From positions 1 through 19,282 of the forward strand of contig JBDRFG010000095.1 of the NCBI GenBank assembly GCA_043819135.1: a stretch of 19,282 bases of DNA. Direction: 5' to 3'. Positions 1-8,539 of this stretch are shown one piece after another. The position numbers and the translations under genes were made by a program. The stretch comes from Candidatus Eiseniibacteriota bacterium (GTDB taxonomy: Bacteria; Joyebacterota; Joyebacteria; Joyebacterales; Joyebacteraceae). Every line of letters begins with the position of its first letter. Positions within the stretch are counted from its first letter, which is position 1. The notes below the pieces were generated by a model. That model was not told the origin of the DNA. It saw only the letters and a program-made list of their open reading frames with translations, and searched no databases.

Positions 1-539
1 CCGTACTCTTCGCGGTCGGTGGCGTTCTCGGCCGCCAGCGCGACTCGAACCGTCAGCTCCGGATTCGCCAGCTCGCTCTTCTGGTGGAAGTAGACCATCC
101 AGTGGTAGGGCTCCATCGGAGCGTCGTTGACCTCCAGCATCACGCGCGCCAGCTCTTCGGCGCGCGCGATGCTCTCGGGCGTCCCTTGCTCCATCAGGCC
201 GCGGTCGAGCCTGGCTACGACCCGATAGCGCAGCCACGGCGTGAGCCCCTGGTCGTAGATCCCCTGGTAGAGCTCAATGAGCGGCGTCTTGTCGTCGGCG
301 TTCCTGAACTCATCGGCCGCAGCATCGAGCGCTCTCAGAAGGATCTCGCGGTCGGCCCGCTGGTTATCGAACAGGAAGATGAGAGCGGCTTCCTTCCTCG
401 CCGTCAGGTCCTCCATCGTCTCGATGGCGGCGATCTGATTCTGGAGTTCCGTCTCCCGGAAAGCGGGCAGCCACCACATGAAAATGACGACTGCCAGTAT
501 GACGATGGCACCGAGCGTGATCAGGAATCCTCGTCTCAC
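1..539 (-). CDS. Hypothetical protein with N-terminal membrane anchor, helical (partial; runs off the window start)
   Basis: Not in the ORF track. GTG at 539-537 follows a GGGAGGG RBS. Translates MRRGFLITLGAIVILAVVIFMWWLPAFRETELQNQIAAIE...NATDREEY with no stop before position 1; basic N-terminus followed by a hydrophobic segment. Confidence 0.8.
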   Translation of the reverse strand, partial: MRRGFLITLGAIVILAVVIFMWWLPAFRETELQNQIAAIETMEDLTARKEAALIFLFDNQRADREILLRALDAAADEFRNADDKTPLIELYQGIYDQGLTPWLRYRVVARLDRGLMEQGTPESIARAEELARVMLEVNDAPMEPYHWMVYFHQKSELANPELTVRVALAAENATDREEY

Positions 540-613
540 GCGACCCTCCCTTCCCCATTGCGGCGCGCGGAGCTTCTCCCTCGCGAAAGGCCCGCGCTGG
601 TTGCCTGGCGCGG

Positions 614-622
614 ATACTATCA
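614..622 (-). promoter_or_regulatory. Candidate extended -10 promoter (TG-A-TAGTAT) for the leftward gene
   Basis: Minus strand reads GTGATAGTAT about 75 bp upstream of the GTG start; no clear -35. Confidence 0.4.
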
Positions 623-633
623 CGAGTTTCGAA

Positions 634-662
634 TTGACTTCCACCAATTCGTGAGATAGGCT
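634..662 (+). promoter_or_regulatory. Candidate sigma70 promoter for the nfi operon
   Basis: TTGACT (634-639), 17 bp spacer, TAGGCT (657-662), in an AT-richer divergent gap. Confidence 0.55.
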
Positions 663-689
663 ATCTTGTGTTGTGACTGGGAGATGCGG

Positions 690-1364
690 ATGATGGCGGG
701 CGAAATTCACTCTTGGGCCGTGTCTATACAGGATGCGTTCCGGATCCAGAAGGAGCTGACAGGGAAACTGCTCTTTGAGGACGATCCGGACGACCCGGCG
801 CTCATCGCCGGCGTCGACGTCGCCTTCTCGAGGACGCGCGATCTCCTCTACGCGGCCATCGTCGTGCTGGACTTCGTGACGATGGAGCCGGTGGAGGTCG
901 TCTCGGTCGCCCAGCAGCCCGTCTTTCCCTACGTGCCGGGCCTGCTCACGTTTCGTGAGGGTCCGGTCGTGCTTCAAGCCTACGAGAAACTGGAGCACAA
1001 GCCCGACCTCATGATGTTTGACGGTCAGGGTATTGCACATCCGCACGGTCTGGGCCTGGCGTCACACATGGGCGTCCTTCTCGACAGGCCGTCCATCGGC
1101 TGCGCGAGTTTCAGGCTCGTGGGCGAGTTCAAAGAGCCGAAGCAGAAGCGCGGCGCGATGCGGACCCTCAGTCTGCACAAGAAGAAAGTCGGCGTCGTGC
1201 TGCGGACGAAGGATAATACCAAGCCGCTGTTCGTGTCGCCCGGCCACAGGATCACGGTCGAGGGCGCTGCGAAGAGAGTTCTGGAGGCTGGCCGCGGCTA
1301 CAGATTGCCCGAGCCGACCCGCCTGGCTCACCAGGAGGCGGCGAGCGCCAGGCGCGAACGATAG
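690..1364 (+). CDS. nfi: Endonuclease V (deoxyinosine 3' endonuclease)
   Basis: Motifs IAGVDVAF, FPYVPGLLTFRE (wedge), FDGQGIAHP, GLASHMGV, PLFVSPGH, RLPEPTRLAH. Start taken at ATG 690 after GGGAG (684 and 693 also possible). Confidence 0.95.
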   Translation: MMAGEIHSWAVSIQDAFRIQKELTGKLLFEDDPDDPALIAGVDVAFSRTRDLLYAAIVVLDFVTMEPVEVVSVAQQPVFPYVPGLLTFREGPVVLQAYEKLEHKPDLMMFDGQGIAHPHGLGLASHMGVLLDRPSIGCASFRLVGEFKEPKQKRGAMRTLSLHKKKVGVVLRTKDNTKPLFVSPGHRITVEGAAKRVLEAGRGYRLPEPTRLAHQEAASARRER

Positions 1365-1430
1365 CGGAAGCAAGAAGAGGTAAGGAGAGCACGGGTGGGG
1401 CCAGACGATATAGGGACGGGAGGTGTTGAG

Positions 1431-1622
1431 ATGCCGAATACGTTTCCTGCATGCCGCCAGTGTGAGAAGGGAGTCCTGATTCCACTTTCGGACTACGGGC
1501 GGGACGGGGCGGCGATTACTTACAAGGCATGGGTGTGCTCCAATCCGAATTGTGGTTTTCATCTCAGAATCGACAACGGCGAGATCAGCCGCGGCTCCAG
1601 GGTCAACGAAGCAGCCAAGTAG
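1431..1622 (+). CDS. Small Zn-ribbon-like hypothetical protein (63 aa)
   Basis: Strong RBS GGAGGT at 1419-1424, ATG 1431; CRQC ... CSNPNC cysteine pairs. Confidence 0.8.
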   Translation: MPNTFPACRQCEKGVLIPLSDYGRDGAAITYKAWVCSNPNCGFHLRIDNGEISRGSRVNEAAK

Positions 1623-1710
1623 GCCGCGGACCCCTGTTGCTGGGTGGGGTGGTGCATCATCTGAGATTCCAGGTTCTGCCCGTGCTCGTTCCATCACTTA
1701 GGACGAAGAC

Positions 1711-2400
1711 ATGCTCCGAGCGGTCATTTTCGACCTCGACAACACGCTGACCGACTTCATGCGAATGAAAGAGGTCTCCATCGACGCGGCTATCGAGGAA
1801 ATGATCGACGCCGGCCTCGGTATGACCGCCGAGGACGCGAAGCGTAAGCTCTTCGAGATCTACGACCGCGAGGGCATCGAGGATCAGAGGGTGTTCGACA
1901 GGTTTCTCGAAGAGGAGCTTGGCGAGATCGACCCGATGATCCACACCGCCGCCATCATGGGGTACCGCCGGGGTCGTGAGTACACCCTCGTTCTCTACCC
2001 ACACGTGAAGAAGACGCTTGTTGCGCTCGCGAAGCGCGGTCTCAAGCTGGCGGTGCTGTCGGACGCGCCGCGCTATCAGGCGTGGTCCCGGCTCTGCTAT
2101 CTGCAGCTGACTCATTTCTTCGACCACGTGATCACCTTTGAGGACACGCAGGTCCGAAAGCCGGACCCGGCGCCGTTCCGCAGGGCCATCGAACTCCTGG
2201 ATATGCATCCCGATGAGGTCATCATGGTCGGCGACTGGCCCGCCCGCGACATGGTCGGAGGGTCGAGAGTGGGCATCAAGACCGTCTACGCCCGGTACGG
2301 TGACACCTCCGGCGCCACGACGTCCGGGGCCGACTACGAGATCGACGACATATCGCAAGTGGTGGACATCGTCGACCAGCTGATGGAGGGGGCGGAGTAG
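1711..2400 (+). CDS. HAD-superfamily hydrolase, subfamily IA
   Basis: Motif I FDLDNTL, motif II VLSD, motif III RKPDPAPF, motif IV MVGDWPARDMVG. Confidence 0.92.
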   Translation: MLRAVIFDLDNTLTDFMRMKEVSIDAAIEEMIDAGLGMTAEDAKRKLFEIYDREGIEDQRVFDRFLEEELGEIDPMIHTAAIMGYRRGREYTLVLYPHVKKTLVALAKRGLKLAVLSDAPRYQAWSRLCYLQLTHFFDHVITFEDTQVRKPDPAPFRRAIELLDMHPDEVIMVGDWPARDMVGGSRVGIKTVYARYGDTSGATTSGADYEIDDISQVVDIVDQLMEGAE

Positions 2401-2412
2401 GGAGGGGCGCGC

Positions 2413-2781
2413 ATGATCCGGGCGATCGGGATGGACGTTGTTGAACTCGATCACTTCACGGAGGTCGTCGACAGATCCAGGCCTGGTTTTCTCCAACGTC
2501 TCTTCACGCAGCGTGAGATCGACCAGTGCGAGAGATTCAACGACAGGATGGCCTCCTACGCAGCCGTGTTCGCCGCGAAGGAGGCCTTTTTGAAGGCCCT
2601 GCGCACGGGCCTGGCCCCGGGCATCCGCTGGACCGATGTCGAGGTCGTTCACGATGAGAGCGGAGCGCCGTCGATCGTTGCCCGCGGCCTCTGCCTTGAA
2701 CTCCTCGGCGAGGGGAGAACGCACGCCAGCCTGACGCACTCAAAGCGAAGCGCCGCAGCCGTGGTCGTCATCGAAGACTGA
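2413..2781 (+). CDS. acpS: Holo-[acyl-carrier-protein] synthase
   Basis: IGMDVVE, FTQRE, FAAKEAFLKAL, GAP, HASLTHS; 122 aa; adjacent to nnr as is common. Confidence 0.95.
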   Translation: MIRAIGMDVVELDHFTEVVDRSRPGFLQRLFTQREIDQCERFNDRMASYAAVFAAKEAFLKALRTGLAPGIRWTDVEVVHDESGAPSIVARGLCLELLGEGRTHASLTHSKRSAAAVVVIED

Positions 2782-2810
2782 CGCCAGTCGGGACACAGAG
2801 GACCAACATC

Positions 2811-4364
2811 ATGAAGTTCGTTACCTCCGAGACAATGCGAGCTATCGACACCGAGTGCATTGAGACGCTCGGGATTCCCGGACTCAAGCTGATGGAGAAC
2901 GCCGGGGTGGGGACGGTCCAGTTCATCGAACGTGAACTTGGTCCGCAGAAGGGCCGGACCGTCACGGTTGTCTGCGGGAAGGGGAACAACGGTGGAGACG
3001 GATTCGTCATCGCGCGAGAGCTACGAAGGCTGGGCGCCACCGTCTCGGTCTATCTTGCGGGCCATCGTGGCGACGTCGGGGGCGACGCTCACACGAACCT
3101 CGAACGGCTCGGTTCCGAGCACGTCGTGGAGCTCGCCGCCGGCCGTTCGATCGGCGGATTCGCAGAGGCCATAACGAAGAGCGATCTCATCGTGGACGCC
3201 GTCTTCGGGACCGGCTTCAGCGGCGTTCCCAGAGGGTTGTCCGGGACGGTGATCGGTCAGATGAACATCTCCGGCCGACCGGTTCTTGCCGTCGATGTTC
3301 CCTCCGGGCTGAACGCGACGACAGGAGCCGCGGAAGGCGAGTGCGTAGAAGCCACGTGGACGTGCACGATGGGGTTGTCGAAACGGGGGTTCTACGTCGG
3401 TCACGGTCGCGACCGCGTAGGCTTGCTGCACGTGGTCGACATAGGAGTGCCCGCGACCGTGATAGAGACCGTCGGAGTCAGGGACAACGTCCTGTCGATC
3501 CGGGAGGCTGCCGCGCTTCTACCCCGGCGTCCCCGCGACGGCCACAAGGGGACATTCGGCCGCGTCGTCGTAATCGCCGGGTCGGTGGGCTACACGGGTG
3601 CGGCGGCACTGACGGCGATGTCGGCGCTTCGTTCCGGAGCCGGGCTCGTGAATCTTGGAATACCGGTGAGCTTGAACGACATCATGGAGGTGAAGCTCAC
3701 CGAGGTCATCACGAAGCCCCTGGCCGAAACCTACGGAAGGTCGCTGTCGCCCGAGGCGCTTCCGGGTATTCGGGAGCTCCTGGAAGGCGCCGACTCTCTT
3801 GCGCTCGGCCCGGGCATGTCCCGCGACCGGGAGACGCAGTCTCTGGTCGAGTTGGTCGTGGCCGAGATGCGCGTGCCGTGTGTCGTCGACGCCGACGCAC
3901 TGAACGCGCTCACGCCTGAAAAGATCGGGCAGCGAACCGGCAATGCGGCCGTTGTGCTCACGCCGCATCCCGGAGAGATGGCAAGGCTTGTCGGGCGCAC
4001 GGTCGGGGAAGTCCAGGCGGACCGCGAGGGAGTTGCCAGGGACGTGGCCGCCAGGGCCCGAGCCACGGTTGTGCTCAAGGGCGCCGGATCCCTTGTGGTC
4101 GACCCCTCCGGGGAACTCTACTTGAACCCCACGGGGAACAGCGGACTCGCGACGGGCGGGACCGGGGACGTTCTGACCGGCATCATGGCGGCGTTTCTGG
4201 GACAGGGCGTCGCCGCGACCGCGGCGGCTGCGCTCGGCGCCTACGTTCACGGGCTGGCGGGCGACCTCGCCGCCGAGGCCGTAGGCGAGGCCGGCATGAT
4301 AGCGGGAGACGTGCTTGATCACGTGCCGTATGCGCTGATGGAGTTGCGCGCTGCGGGGGAGTGA
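2811..4364 (+). CDS. nnr: Bifunctional NAD(P)H-hydrate epimerase/dehydratase (YjeF, NnrE-NnrD fusion)
   Basis: LMENAG, CGKGNNGGDG, VDAVFGTG, AVDVPSG, HKGTFG, GPG, DADAL, LTPHPGEMARL, VLKG, LATGGTGDVLTG. Confidence 0.96.
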   Translation: MKFVTSETMRAIDTECIETLGIPGLKLMENAGVGTVQFIERELGPQKGRTVTVVCGKGNNGGDGFVIARELRRLGATVSVYLAGHRGDVGGDAHTNLERLGSEHVVELAAGRSIGGFAEAITKSDLIVDAVFGTGFSGVPRGLSGTVIGQMNISGRPVLAVDVPSGLNATTGAAEGECVEATWTCTMGLSKRGFYVGHGRDRVGLLHVVDIGVPATVIETVGVRDNVLSIREAAALLPRRPRDGHKGTFGRVVVIAGSVGYTGAAALTAMSALRSGAGLVNLGIPVSLNDIMEVKLTEVITKPLAETYGRSLSPEALPGIRELLEGADSLALGPGMSRDRETQSLVELVVAEMRVPCVVDADALNALTPEKIGQRTGNAAVVLTPHPGEMARLVGRTVGEVQADREGVARDVAARARATVVLKGAGSLVVDPSGELYLNPTGNSGLATGGTGDVLTGIMAAFLGQGVAATAAAALGAYVHGLAGDLAAEAVGEAGMIAGDVLDHVPYALMELRAAGE

Positions 4365-4456
4365 TCCGGATCGGTGGAGGCGCGACGAAGAAGAACAGAC
4401 AGGTTCGTAACGAGAACCAGCCGGACTGACGGCTGCACGACACGCACATCGGAGGG

Positions 4457-5647
4457 ATGATGCCGAAGGGGTTTGCCGAGAAGGCGGAGAGCCTGGCGCC
4501 GAAGCTGTCGAAGATCCGGCGGCAGATACACATGTATCCCGAACTCGGGTATCAGGAGAAGCGGACCTCGGAGCTTGTTGCGAAGACGCTCCGGCAGATG
4601 GGGCTCGAGGTCAAGACAGGTGTCGCGAAGACGGGAGTCGTCGGTCTCCTGCGCGGCAGTTCGCCCGGCAAGACAGTCGCGCTTCGCGCTGACATGGATG
4701 CGCTGCCCATCACGGAACGGAACAACAAGCCGTACAGGTCCAGGGTCGATGGCGTGATGCACGCGTGCGGGCACGACGGCAACACGACGACCGTTCTCGG
4801 CGCCGCCATGCTCCTTGCCAAGGAGAAACGAAACCTTCACGGGAACGTCAAGTTCTTCTTCCAGCCCTCCGAGGAAGCGCCACCCGGCGGCGCGATGCCG
4901 ATGATCAAAGAGGGCGCGCTCAGGAAGCCGAAGGTCGATTTCATCATCGGTGTTCACGTCGACCCCACCGTTCCTGCCGGGAAGATAGGGGTCCGGGACG
5001 GGCCGATGATGGCGGCGGCGGACGATTTCAGCCTGACCGTGCTCGGCAACGCCTCCCATGGAGCCAAGCCTCACCTCGGCGTGGACGCGATCGTCCTTTC
5101 CGCGCAAGTTATCCAGGCGCTTCAGACGATCCCGAGCAGGATCATCAACCCCGCGCACCCGGTGGTCGTGACCATCGGGACCATCAAGGGCGGGTACAGA
5201 CAGAACGTCATTGCCGATCGCGTCGACATGGAGGGGACTCTCCGCACGCTCTACGCGGCCGACCGCAAGAAGGGCGCGAAGATGATCAGCCGGCTCACCG
5301 ACCAGATCACGAAGGCGTCCGGCGGGAGCTACGAGTTCGATTTCAGAGACGGCTATCCCATACTGACATGCGACGCGGCGATAACGGCTGTCGTGCGGCG
5401 CGCCTCGCAGGAGCTGTTCGGCAAGCGCAGCGTCGTCGAGATCGACGAGCCGTCGATGGGCGGAGAGGACTTCGCCTACTTCGTCAACGAGGTGCCCGGC
5501 ACGATGCTGCGTCTCGGGACCGGCAACAAGAAGAAGGGCATCGTGCATCCCTGGCACCACCCGCAGTTCGATATCGACGAGAAGGGTCTGTGGGTCGGCG
5601 CGGCCGTGATGGCGCGGGCGGCCACGATCTGTCTCGAGGAACTCTAG
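4457..5647 (+). CDS. M20 family amidohydrolase (M20D, Acy1/HipO-like)
   Basis: HMYPELGYQE, ALRADMDALP, MHACGHDG, FQPSEE, GGEDFAY, HHPQFDIDE; RBS GGAGGG. Confidence 0.93.
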   Translation: MMPKGFAEKAESLAPKLSKIRRQIHMYPELGYQEKRTSELVAKTLRQMGLEVKTGVAKTGVVGLLRGSSPGKTVALRADMDALPITERNNKPYRSRVDGVMHACGHDGNTTTVLGAAMLLAKEKRNLHGNVKFFFQPSEEAPPGGAMPMIKEGALRKPKVDFIIGVHVDPTVPAGKIGVRDGPMMAAADDFSLTVLGNASHGAKPHLGVDAIVLSAQVIQALQTIPSRIINPAHPVVVTIGTIKGGYRQNVIADRVDMEGTLRTLYAADRKKGAKMISRLTDQITKASGGSYEFDFRDGYPILTCDAAITAVVRRASQELFGKRSVVEIDEPSMGGEDFAYFVNEVPGTMLRLGTGNKKKGIVHPWHHPQFDIDEKGLWVGAAVMARAATICLEEL

Positions 5648-5703
5648 CCGGGATCCGGGCGCGTGACCGGCAGCGCACGCGCTGAACGACCGGGAGCGAC
5701 AGG

Positions 5704-6705
5704 ATGGCCGAGTTCGATCTCATAGGCAGGATTCGTAGCGCCGTCGGGCCACCCGGCCGGGGGACGCTCGTCGGTATCGGCGACGACACCGCGGTCTACG
5801 AGCCGCCGGGCCAGCTGGAGCTTCTGACCTGCGACGCGTTCGTCGAAGGCGTCCATTTCCGTCGTGACTTCGCGACGTTCGAAGAGATCGGCGCCAAGTG
5901 CATGGTGGCCAACATCAGCGACGTGGCGGCGATGGGCGGGTTTCCCGCCCGGGCCGTTCTCTCCATCTGTGTTCCTCCTGACATTACGGACGATGACGTG
6001 GACGCGCTCTACCGGGGCGTACTCGCCGTGTGCGCTCGCCACGGCGCCGAGGTGGTCGGCGGGGACACGGTGAGTTCGCCAGGTGGTCTTGTGCTCTCCA
6101 TCGCACTGACGGGGACCGCTGACCGCGATCACGTCGTGACGCGCGCCGGTGCTGTCATCGGTGACGCGGTCATCGTAACGGGCGCGCTCGGTGGGTCGGA
6201 GGCCGGCCTTCGTGCGCTCGTCGAGCGTCTGCCGAACGAGGGCGGGGTGACCGATGCGAGACGGCGACACCTGAAGCCTTCCGCGCGCGTCGCGGAGGCC
6301 AAGGCTCTCATTGAAGTGGCGACACCTCACGCGATGATCGACGTGAGCGACGGCCTGTCGTCCGACGTGTGGCACATCGCGGAAGAGAGCAGAGTAGGGA
6401 TCCGGCTTGGAGCGGACGGGATACCTCTGGCGCCGTGCGCGATCGAAGTCGCCGGGCTACTCGGTGTCGACCCGATCGAACTTGCGCTGGCGAGCGGCGA
6501 GGAGTTCGAGCTTGTCGCGACGATCCCGAAGACGGAGGTGGAGCGTGCGTCCGAGCACGTTGTGGCGGTGACGGGCACGAAGGTCACGTGCATAGGCGAG
6601 GTGGTGAGTGTGGAGGAAGGTTGCACTATCGTTCGTCGAGGCGGCGTCGCGAGTCGGCTGGAGCGCGGCGGATACGAGCACCTAAAAGGAGGGGAGAGCT
6701 CATGA
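5704..6705 (+). CDS. thiL: Thiamine-monophosphate kinase
   Basis: EFDLI, GIGDDTAV, EGVHF, NISDVAAMGG, VGGDT, MIDVSDGL, SGEEFEL, GYEH. Confidence 0.95.
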   Translation: MAEFDLIGRIRSAVGPPGRGTLVGIGDDTAVYEPPGQLELLTCDAFVEGVHFRRDFATFEEIGAKCMVANISDVAAMGGFPARAVLSICVPPDITDDDVDALYRGVLAVCARHGAEVVGGDTVSSPGGLVLSIALTGTADRDHVVTRAGAVIGDAVIVTGALGGSEAGLRALVERLPNEGGVTDARRRHLKPSARVAEAKALIEVATPHAMIDVSDGLSSDVWHIAEESRVGIRLGADGIPLAPCAIEVAGLLGVDPIELALASGEEFELVATIPKTEVERASEHVVAVTGTKVTCIGEVVSVEEGCTIVRRGGVASRLERGGYEHLKGGESS

Positions 6706-7484
6706 AGACTCTGCTATGTGCTCTTGTTGCCATGGCGATTGCGTCGCCGGTTGTGGCCCAGACGTACATCACGGAGAATGTTGCGACAAGCACCACCTGG
6801 AACCTCGCTGGCAGTCCGTACGTGGTTCAGGGCACCATCGCCGTGACGTCATCAAGTATCCTGACGATTGATCCTGGAGTCACGGTCGAGATGGACACCG
6901 ATGCGCACCTAAGAACCTACGGCGGTTGCTCAATAGTAGCGATTGGCACATACGACGATCCCATTCTCTTCACGTCCAGTTCCGTCACGCCGGCCGCAAA
7001 CGATTGGTACGCCGTCTATCTAAGGGAGTCGCCGGCCTCGGGCTTCTCTTACTGCACCTTCGAGTACGGTGTGTACAACCTGTACGCAGACCTATGTTCT
7101 GCCACTGTCTCCTACTGCACATCTCGCTATGCGGACAATGGATTCGTATGCGAGTCGGGGTCACTACTGCTGGAGGGCTGCGACATCATCGACAACAACC
7201 GCGGCATCAAGATCTACGGCCCGGATTCGTACCCTGTGCTCCACAACTGCAACATCTACAACAACTACTACGACAACATGTACGTGGCTTCCTACACTGA
7301 AGCGCCACTGGTGACTATCGACGCGGAGAACAACTGGTGGGGCACGGACGTCGACTCGGAGATAGAGGCCACCATCTCCTTCTCCAATTCAGCGTACGCC
7401 GAGGTCGACTATACTCCCTGGCTCCACGAGATCCCCGTCGAGGCGATATCCTGGGGAAGGGTCAAGGCACTGTTCGCGGATTAG
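6702..7484 (+). CDS. Secreted right-handed beta-helix (PbH1/NosD-like) protein, paralog 1, with C-terminal PVEAISWGRVKALF tail
   Basis: True start is ATG 6702 (ATGA overlap with the thiL stop, RBS AGGAGGGG). Signal peptide MKTLLCALVAMAIASPVVA; GSPY, TIDPGV, PILFTS, Asn/Cys-rich beta repeats, DAENNWWG, VDYTPWL. Confidence 0.85.
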   Translation: MKTLLCALVAMAIASPVVAQTYITENVATSTTWNLAGSPYVVQGTIAVTSSSILTIDPGVTVEMDTDAHLRTYGGCSIVAIGTYDDPILFTSSSVTPAANDWYAVYLRESPASGFSYCTFEYGVYNLYADLCSATVSYCTSRYADNGFVCESGSLLLEGCDIIDNNRGIKIYGPDSYPVLHNCNIYNNYYDNMYVASYTEAPLVTIDAENNWWGTDVDSEIEATISFSNSAYAEVDYTPWLHEIPVEAISWGRVKALFAD

Positions 7485-7495
7485 AGGAGGGCTTC

Positions 7496-8305
7496 ATGAT
7501 GAATCGGTTACTGGCAACTGCTGCCATTCTTGTGCTTGCGACGGCACCGGCACTTGCGGAGACTTACGTCACGGGTGACATCACTTCGTCGACTTCCTGG
7601 ACTCCGGCTGGAAGTCCCTACATCATCCAGGCCGACGTTGAGATCACCAATAACAGTACGCTGAGCATTCAGGCGGGCGTCACCGTCGCGTTCGACGGTG
7701 ACTACATCTTCGGGACGGCCTGGGGCAGCGCGATCATCGCTACGGGAACCCTGGGCGACGGTGTTCTCTTCACGTCGAACGCGGGCACACCGGCGCCAGG
7801 CGACTGGAAGTGGCTCGTTGTCAACGGGCCAAATCCGTCATCGTTCGAGTACTGCACGTTGGAATTCGCCGAGCAGGGCCTGAGGGTGAGCTTCGCGTCG
7901 CCCACCGTGTCGCATTGCACGATACGCAGTTGCTCGAGCAGCGGGCTCTTCATCGGGGAATCGTCGCCGACGGTCCAGTACTGCGACATATACGCCAATC
8001 GCGACGGCATCGGGATCACCGGGAACACAAGCAACCCTGTCATCAACTACAACAACATCCACGACAACACGCACTGGAACGTCTACGTGTTCAGCTTCCC
8101 GGAGCCCGCGGCGACCATCAATGCCGAGAGCAACTGGTGGGGGACGGACGTGGAGGGTGAGATCGCGCAGGAGATCAACGACAGCGCGGACAACCCTGCG
8201 ATCTTCGCGACCATCGACTACACGCCATGGTGGTTCGAGCAGCCCGTCGATCAGGCGACCTGGGGGCAGGTCAAGGCGCTGTTCGCGAGACGAGGGGCAG
8301 GGTGA
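7496..8305 (+). CDS. Secreted right-handed beta-helix protein, paralog 2, with C-terminal PVDQATWGQVKALF tail
   Basis: ATG 7496 after GAGGAGG. Signal peptide ending ALA; collinear with paralog 1 (GSPY, GVTV, LFTS, DW, NWWGTDV, DYTPW). Confidence 0.85.
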   Translation: MMNRLLATAAILVLATAPALAETYVTGDITSSTSWTPAGSPYIIQADVEITNNSTLSIQAGVTVAFDGDYIFGTAWGSAIIATGTLGDGVLFTSNAGTPAPGDWKWLVVNGPNPSSFEYCTLEFAEQGLRVSFASPTVSHCTIRSCSSSGLFIGESSPTVQYCDIYANRDGIGITGNTSNPVINYNNIHDNTHWNVYVFSFPEPAATINAESNWWGTDVEGEIAQEINDSADNPAIFATIDYTPWWFEQPVDQATWGQVKALFARRGAG

Positions 8306-8422
8306 GGCGGAAGCAGTAGGCCCGATACTTGAGTGCTCAACCATTGAACATTGTCCCGTGTGGTGAGAACGACTACTGGCTGGGCACCCTGAACAAAGAG
8401 GAGGCACCCTCACGAATAATTG

Positions 8423-8451
8423 TTGACAGACTGCACATCCTGTGGTATTCT
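8423..8451 (+). promoter_or_regulatory. Strong sigma70 promoter upstream of the C25 peptidase
   Basis: TTGACA (8423-8428), 17 bp spacer, TATTCT (8446-8451), with extended -10 TG at 8443-8444. Confidence 0.75.
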
Positions 8452-8472
8452 TAAAGTGTGCTGGGGAATGGG

Positions 8473-8514
8473 ATAGGCCTTCGACCTGAACAAGGTTGTC
8501 GAAGGCCTATTTTT
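8473..8514 (+). terminator. Intrinsic terminator-like hairpin in the 5' leader of the C25 peptidase gene
   Basis: Perfect 13-bp stem ATAGGCCTTCGAC (8473-8485) / GTCGAAGGCCTAT (8498-8510), 12-nt loop, T run at 8510-8514. Confidence 0.7.
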
Positions 8515-8539
8515 GTCGGACCCAGCTGGAGACCGGAAG

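Noticed and set aside
84..659. 191-aa + strand ORF in the track
   Set aside because: Antisense shadow of the real - strand gene (1-539), which has an RBS and a membrane anchor.
1362..1430. nfi TAG stop is in frame with the downstream Zn-ribbon ORF (possible read-through fusion)
   Set aside because: EndoV is complete at the TAG, the small gene has its own strong RBS, and other genes here end in TAG normally; in-frame by chance one time in three.
4365..4456. GGAGG followed by ACG-AAG-AAG... and two small hairpins (GGTTC/GAACC, CAGCCG/CGGCTG) between nnr and the amidohydrolase
   Set aside because: No canonical start codon, short stems and no U-tract; cannot support a leader peptide or RNA element.
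6369..7495. N-terminal extensions of track ORFs 6369..7484 and 7337..8305 (likewise 11392..12348, 14210..15280, 14818..15339)
   Set aside because: The extensions overlap neighbouring genes or intergenic DNA; internal ATGs with an RBS or ATGA coupling, plus signal peptides or family N-termini, give better starts.
8330..8420. ENDYWLGT-like translation resembling the ENNWWGT motif (possible remnant of a third beta-helix paralog)
   Set aside because: Similarity is limited to a few residues, with no start or surrounding collinearity.
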